In this document: positions 60,301-64,000 of the stretch, one piece after another
Layout of the letters: the number at the start of each line of letters is the position of its first letter
Numbering within the stretch: position 1 is the first letter of the stretch
Source of the DNA: Anaeramoeba ignava BMAN
Taxonomy: Eukaryota > Protista > Anaeramoebae
Assembly: GCA_028826165.1 (NCBI GenBank)
Contig: JAPDFW010000103.1
Coordinates: 620,001 to 684,000 of the forward strand
Length of the DNA: 64,000 nt
Direction: 5' to 3'
Translations under genes and position numbers: made by a program
Notes under the pieces: generated by a model
What the model was told of the DNA's origin: nothing
Seen by the model: only the letters and a program-made list of their open reading frames with translations
Databases searched by the model: none

Positions 60301-63300
60301 ATAAGGTCTAATTGAACTATGAAAATGAGATTCCATTTCTTTTGAATCTCTTCCAATAAGATTAAATCCATTAATTTCTAATTTTTTTCCAATAAATAAA
60401 ACCATAAGACATAAACTTCTTTCTTTCCATTTCACTCTTGTAGAAAGAAGTTTTGATAATTCTTCAAGTTCAGATGATTTGATTTTTTCTGATTTATTTG
60501 TCCAATTTATAGAACGAGAAACAATATTTGCAACAGAATATAAATAAGTTTCAAATAATTGATCAATAAATTTTTTAGCAAGTTCTTCTGGATTAAATTT
60601 GGGTTGATTTGATCTTAATAATTGCATTATAAATGGATCAAATTGAGATTGATCATCTTGGAATTTAAATTAAAAAATTCATATTGAGATAATTGAATGA
60701 TATGACTTTTCATTATTTTCCAAAAATTATTAAAAATTCTGAAAGTTGGTGTTTCATTATCACTAATTTTTTTGTAAAGGTTTATGAATGTTTGTATCAT
60801 AAGCATTTGTTTATCAGGTTCAATATTATCTAATAACTCTTTTCTTATCCGTTTTTGGAATTGTATATCTCCAGCCATTTGAAAATCTTGGAATGTTTCT
60901 TGACTTAATTCAATAAGACGAGCAACTCTTTTCAAATTTAAATCAATTTCAAGTTCAATATCATTTTCATTTGAGATTTTATATTTTTCAAATGAAAAAA
61001 CATCATCATCAAAAATACATTCATTTTCTTTCATATATCTCAATGAAGGAAAAAATCTCAATCCATTTTCTGAATTATAAGCTCTACTGCTTGGTATTTC
61101 GAATGAAAATTCAAATTGAGGTTGAAAATTAATAATTAATTCATTTCCATTTGTGCTAATTTTCCTTCGATTTTCAATTGATTTCCACATTAAAAATTCC
61201 CAAATAAAATCCTTGGTTTCTCTATTTGATGAAAATGGGAATTCAATATGAAAATAATATTTTTTTGTTGTTTTCTTAAAATATTCTTTTTGATAAATAT
61301 CTTGAATTTTTTTGATAGTTTCTGTTTTAGTTCCATTTTTCAATGAAATGTAAAAATATTTTTTTCCCATTTCTTTTGTTTGATAAAAATGTTTCCTAAT
61401 TTGATAAGTTTTCCCAAGACCTGAAATTTTTGAAGTGAATGTTTGATAATTTGAATAATTTGGATAATTGTTTTCGAATATTTCTTGTATTCCTTTTCTT
61501 TCCAAAATTTCAAGTTTTTCTTTAATTTCTCCATCTTTAAAAGCATGTATCAAATTGATGACTTGATATAAATCTCCTGAACATAATAAAACTAATGGGA
61601 ATTTGGTTTTGTAGTTGATTCTTTGTATTTGTTCAATTAAAAAATTGTTGATTGATGTTTTTAGTTCTTGTGGATATAAAATTGTAAAAAGAAAATTTCT
61701 TGGATTTTTTTCCTTTTCATTTGAAAAAATATGAGAAATTGTTTGATCTGTATTATAAATTTTGTAAATTGATAGGAAATTAAGTATGTCTCTTTCTTTT
61801 GTTTTTTTTGAGCAAATTAATACATTTTCTTTTAATGGAAAATGTTCAAAATAACATAAATAAAGTGTTGTCGTGATATCATAAATTTGTTCTTCATCGT
61901 TAAATCTATAAATATATATTTTAGGATCAATTATTGTTCCTTCTCTTTTTTCTAAAATTTCGTTAAATTTATTTTTTAATTGTTCTTGTTTTTCTTGATA
62001 ATTTTGAGGTTTTTTTCTTATACAAATCAACCGATTTTGAATTGAATTTTGAATTGGAAACAATTGAAGTAATTTTGATGTAAAATCAACAATATTTTCT
62101 TCATTAATTAAACTTAATTCTTTCAATTTCTCTGTTTCTAATTTGGGATTAAATAAATGTAAAAGTGGAATAATTTCTTCAATTTCTTGTTTTAAATAAA
62201 AATGATGAAGAATTGAAAAAAATTGTTCTTGTGAGAAAAAAGAAATTAATGGATATTTTTCATAAGCTTTTTCAATTTCTTTTTCCCATTTTTCTAAATC
62301 TTTTTGAAATTCATTTTTAGTTTTTTGAATTTCATTCCAATCATCATTTGGTTTGAGAATTAATTCTTTGTGGTAATTCTTTTTTCGATATTTGAAATGA
62401 GCACAATTCAATAATTTATGAAATAAATGAGGAAGAGTTTCAATTATTGGGAATATTCTTTGAAATTGTAATATATAATTTTGAATATTTTCATCTTGAA
62501 ATAATAAATTAGATGTTTTGGTAAGAAAACTATTTGATTGTTCGATTTCTTCTTTCCTTCTAAAATCTTGGAAAATATAATAAATTTCATATAAAGATTT
62601 AAGATCAATCGAATCATCTTCAATTTCACAAAGAAAAATTTCATTTTCATTTTCAATTTCATTTTCAAATTCATTTTCGTTTTCAGTTTCAATTTTTTGT
62701 TTAAATTCGAAAATAAATTTGCATCCTTTTGAAAACATTTTTGTAATTCTTTCAACAGCTTGTTGTTGGATTGATTTTTTATTCATTTTCAAAGTTTGAA
62801 TAAATTCATGAAAGGTTTTGTGTAAAAATGCAAAATCAAAAGCTCTTTCTTTTTGGTTTTTTTGGAAATCTCTTTCTGATTCATTAATCAAATCTAAAAA
62901 TTGTTCAATATTTGTAAATTTTTTCTCATAATATAAATATTTTGTCATTCTATTTCTAAGTGAATTTAATAATTGAGCTGTGATTGAAAGTTTCGAATTT
63001 CCAGAAGAAATTGATTCAATAATTTTTTGGAATTCATCATTATTTGTTTGTTCTTTCAACCAATCAAGAATCTCTGTATCAAATTTAACAATTTCTTTTT
63101 CGATTTTAATTTCTTTTTCTTTTTCTTTTTCTTTTTCATTTTCACTTTTAGTTTCATTTTCATTTTCATTTTCATTTTCATTTTCATTTTCATTTTCATT
63201 TTCACTTTTAGTTTCATTTTCATTTTCACTTTTAGTTTCACTTTTAGTTTCATTTTCATTTTCATTTTCATTTTCACTTTCTTTTTCATTTTCTTTTTCA

Positions 63301-64000
63301 TTTTCAATTTCTAATTTTGGAATTTCAGATAAAATAACTCTTTTAGGCATTAATTCACCAATAAAAGTTAAAATTTGAGTTGTTAATTTATTGGATGTTT
63401 TGAGAGTTGTTTTTAAAATATCTGATGCTTGAGATAACTGTTGATTTTTTTCAAAAGTTGGTTGATAGAATTTTGGTTCTTCTTGAAATTCAAATTGATT
63501 ACAGAAATGTTGAAATGATGGATAAGTCTCTGTATTTCGAATAATTTTTCTGTAATCTTGAATTTTATCTTGATCAATATTTATCTTTGCTGATCCAGAA
63601 AAAAAAGCTTTATTTAATTTTTTAATTTCAGATTCTAAATCTTCATCTTTTAAATCATTTGAGAAAAATTGATTTAATTCTTCAAAATTAATTGTTTGTT
63701 TTTCAATTCTATACCTTAAATCATCCCATTCTTTTTTAACTTTTGGAATAAGTTCTTCTTGAATTTCTTTTAATAAATTTTCTCTCTTTTCTTTTTTGAA
63801 AAAGTTGATTTTTTCTCTATTCCAAATTTTTAAAAAAATGTAACTTTGTTCTAATTTTTCAAAAAATTCTAAATCATTAAAATTCAAATTAAGAGGTTTG
63901 AAAATCTCGTCAATTTCAGAAAGTTTATGAAAATTTTGAATTTTATCATCTTGAATATATTTTTCTTTTTCAATTTGCGATAAAACATTTTCAATTTCTT
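51342..64000 (-). CDS. RNF213: RNF213 (mysterin)-like giant AAA+ ATPase/E3-type protein, partial (5' end beyond window); intron 58670-58904; single-base frameshifts near 60660, 54082 and 51675
   Basis: TSKISGLGKT, LGETGCGKT, FFDEFNT, AANPYR, YRVHPIP, SVSLRD, spliced VGKPGSSKSLS, QCSP, LDEVALAE..PLKVLH, SNWRLDPANINRG, GLRDFYYLLK, FGSSF, LYDLLNQNY, LNRFEK and an RZ-like CENNH..CRIC appear in RNF213 order. The frame is open to position 64000. Confidence 0.88.
57995..58125 (-). repeat. In-frame 15-bp minisatellite encoding (NQNQR/NQNRR)n within the RNF213-like gene
   Basis: Tandem ttttgatttct(t/tc)g units; translation NQNQRNQNRRNQNQR... Confidence 0.85.

Noticed and set aside
51596-63887. Five separate genes in an operon with overlapping stop/start (e.g. 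TAATG at 60627)
   Set aside because: Homology to one RNF213-type polypeptide continues across the junctions, which are explained by one intron and single-base indels.
51342-64000. Intein in the AAA+ gene (inteins favour ATPase motifs and are reported in Anaeramoeba)
   Set aside because: No C/S...HN-C/S/T splice junctions or LAGLIDADG blocks recognised; the interruption at Walker A is a GT-AG intron.
1-64000. Transposase, reverse transcriptase, tRNA or rRNA genes
   Set aside because: No recognisable motifs or GC-rich structured segments seen; a covariance-model search was not run.

Overview
Extremely AT-rich eukaryotic (protist) DNA with GT-AG spliceosomal introns and the standard code. The gene families and a TCATTT initiator-like motif suggest a metamonad such as Anaeramoeba (inference, not verified). 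Genes run mostly on + from 2.0 to 28.7 kb and entirely on - from 28.8 to 64 kb. The window is dominated by ubiquitin-system genes: six full-length RCC1-propeller/BTB paralogues plus two 3' fragments, three BTB-TLDc genes, three LRR genes with a VHL/BC-box-like motif, an F-box/TMEM185-like fusion, and a >12.6 kb RNF213 (mysterin)-like AAA+ gene running off the right edge. That gene's RZ finger keeps its zinc ligands but lacks the catalytic Cys. Interspersed single-copy genes are a cAMP-receptor-like GPCR, a 9-exon ~2,060-aa protein joining invasin-type Ig-like repeats to a STRA6-like membrane core, a 9-exon ALA2-like P4-ATPase with satellite-filled introns, and a decaying actin. An RCC1-BTB/actin/LRR/BTB-TLDc cassette occurs as inverted and tandem duplicates. 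Many frameshifts lie in homopolymers and may be assembly errors. All family assignments come from motif recognition by eye; no searches were run.
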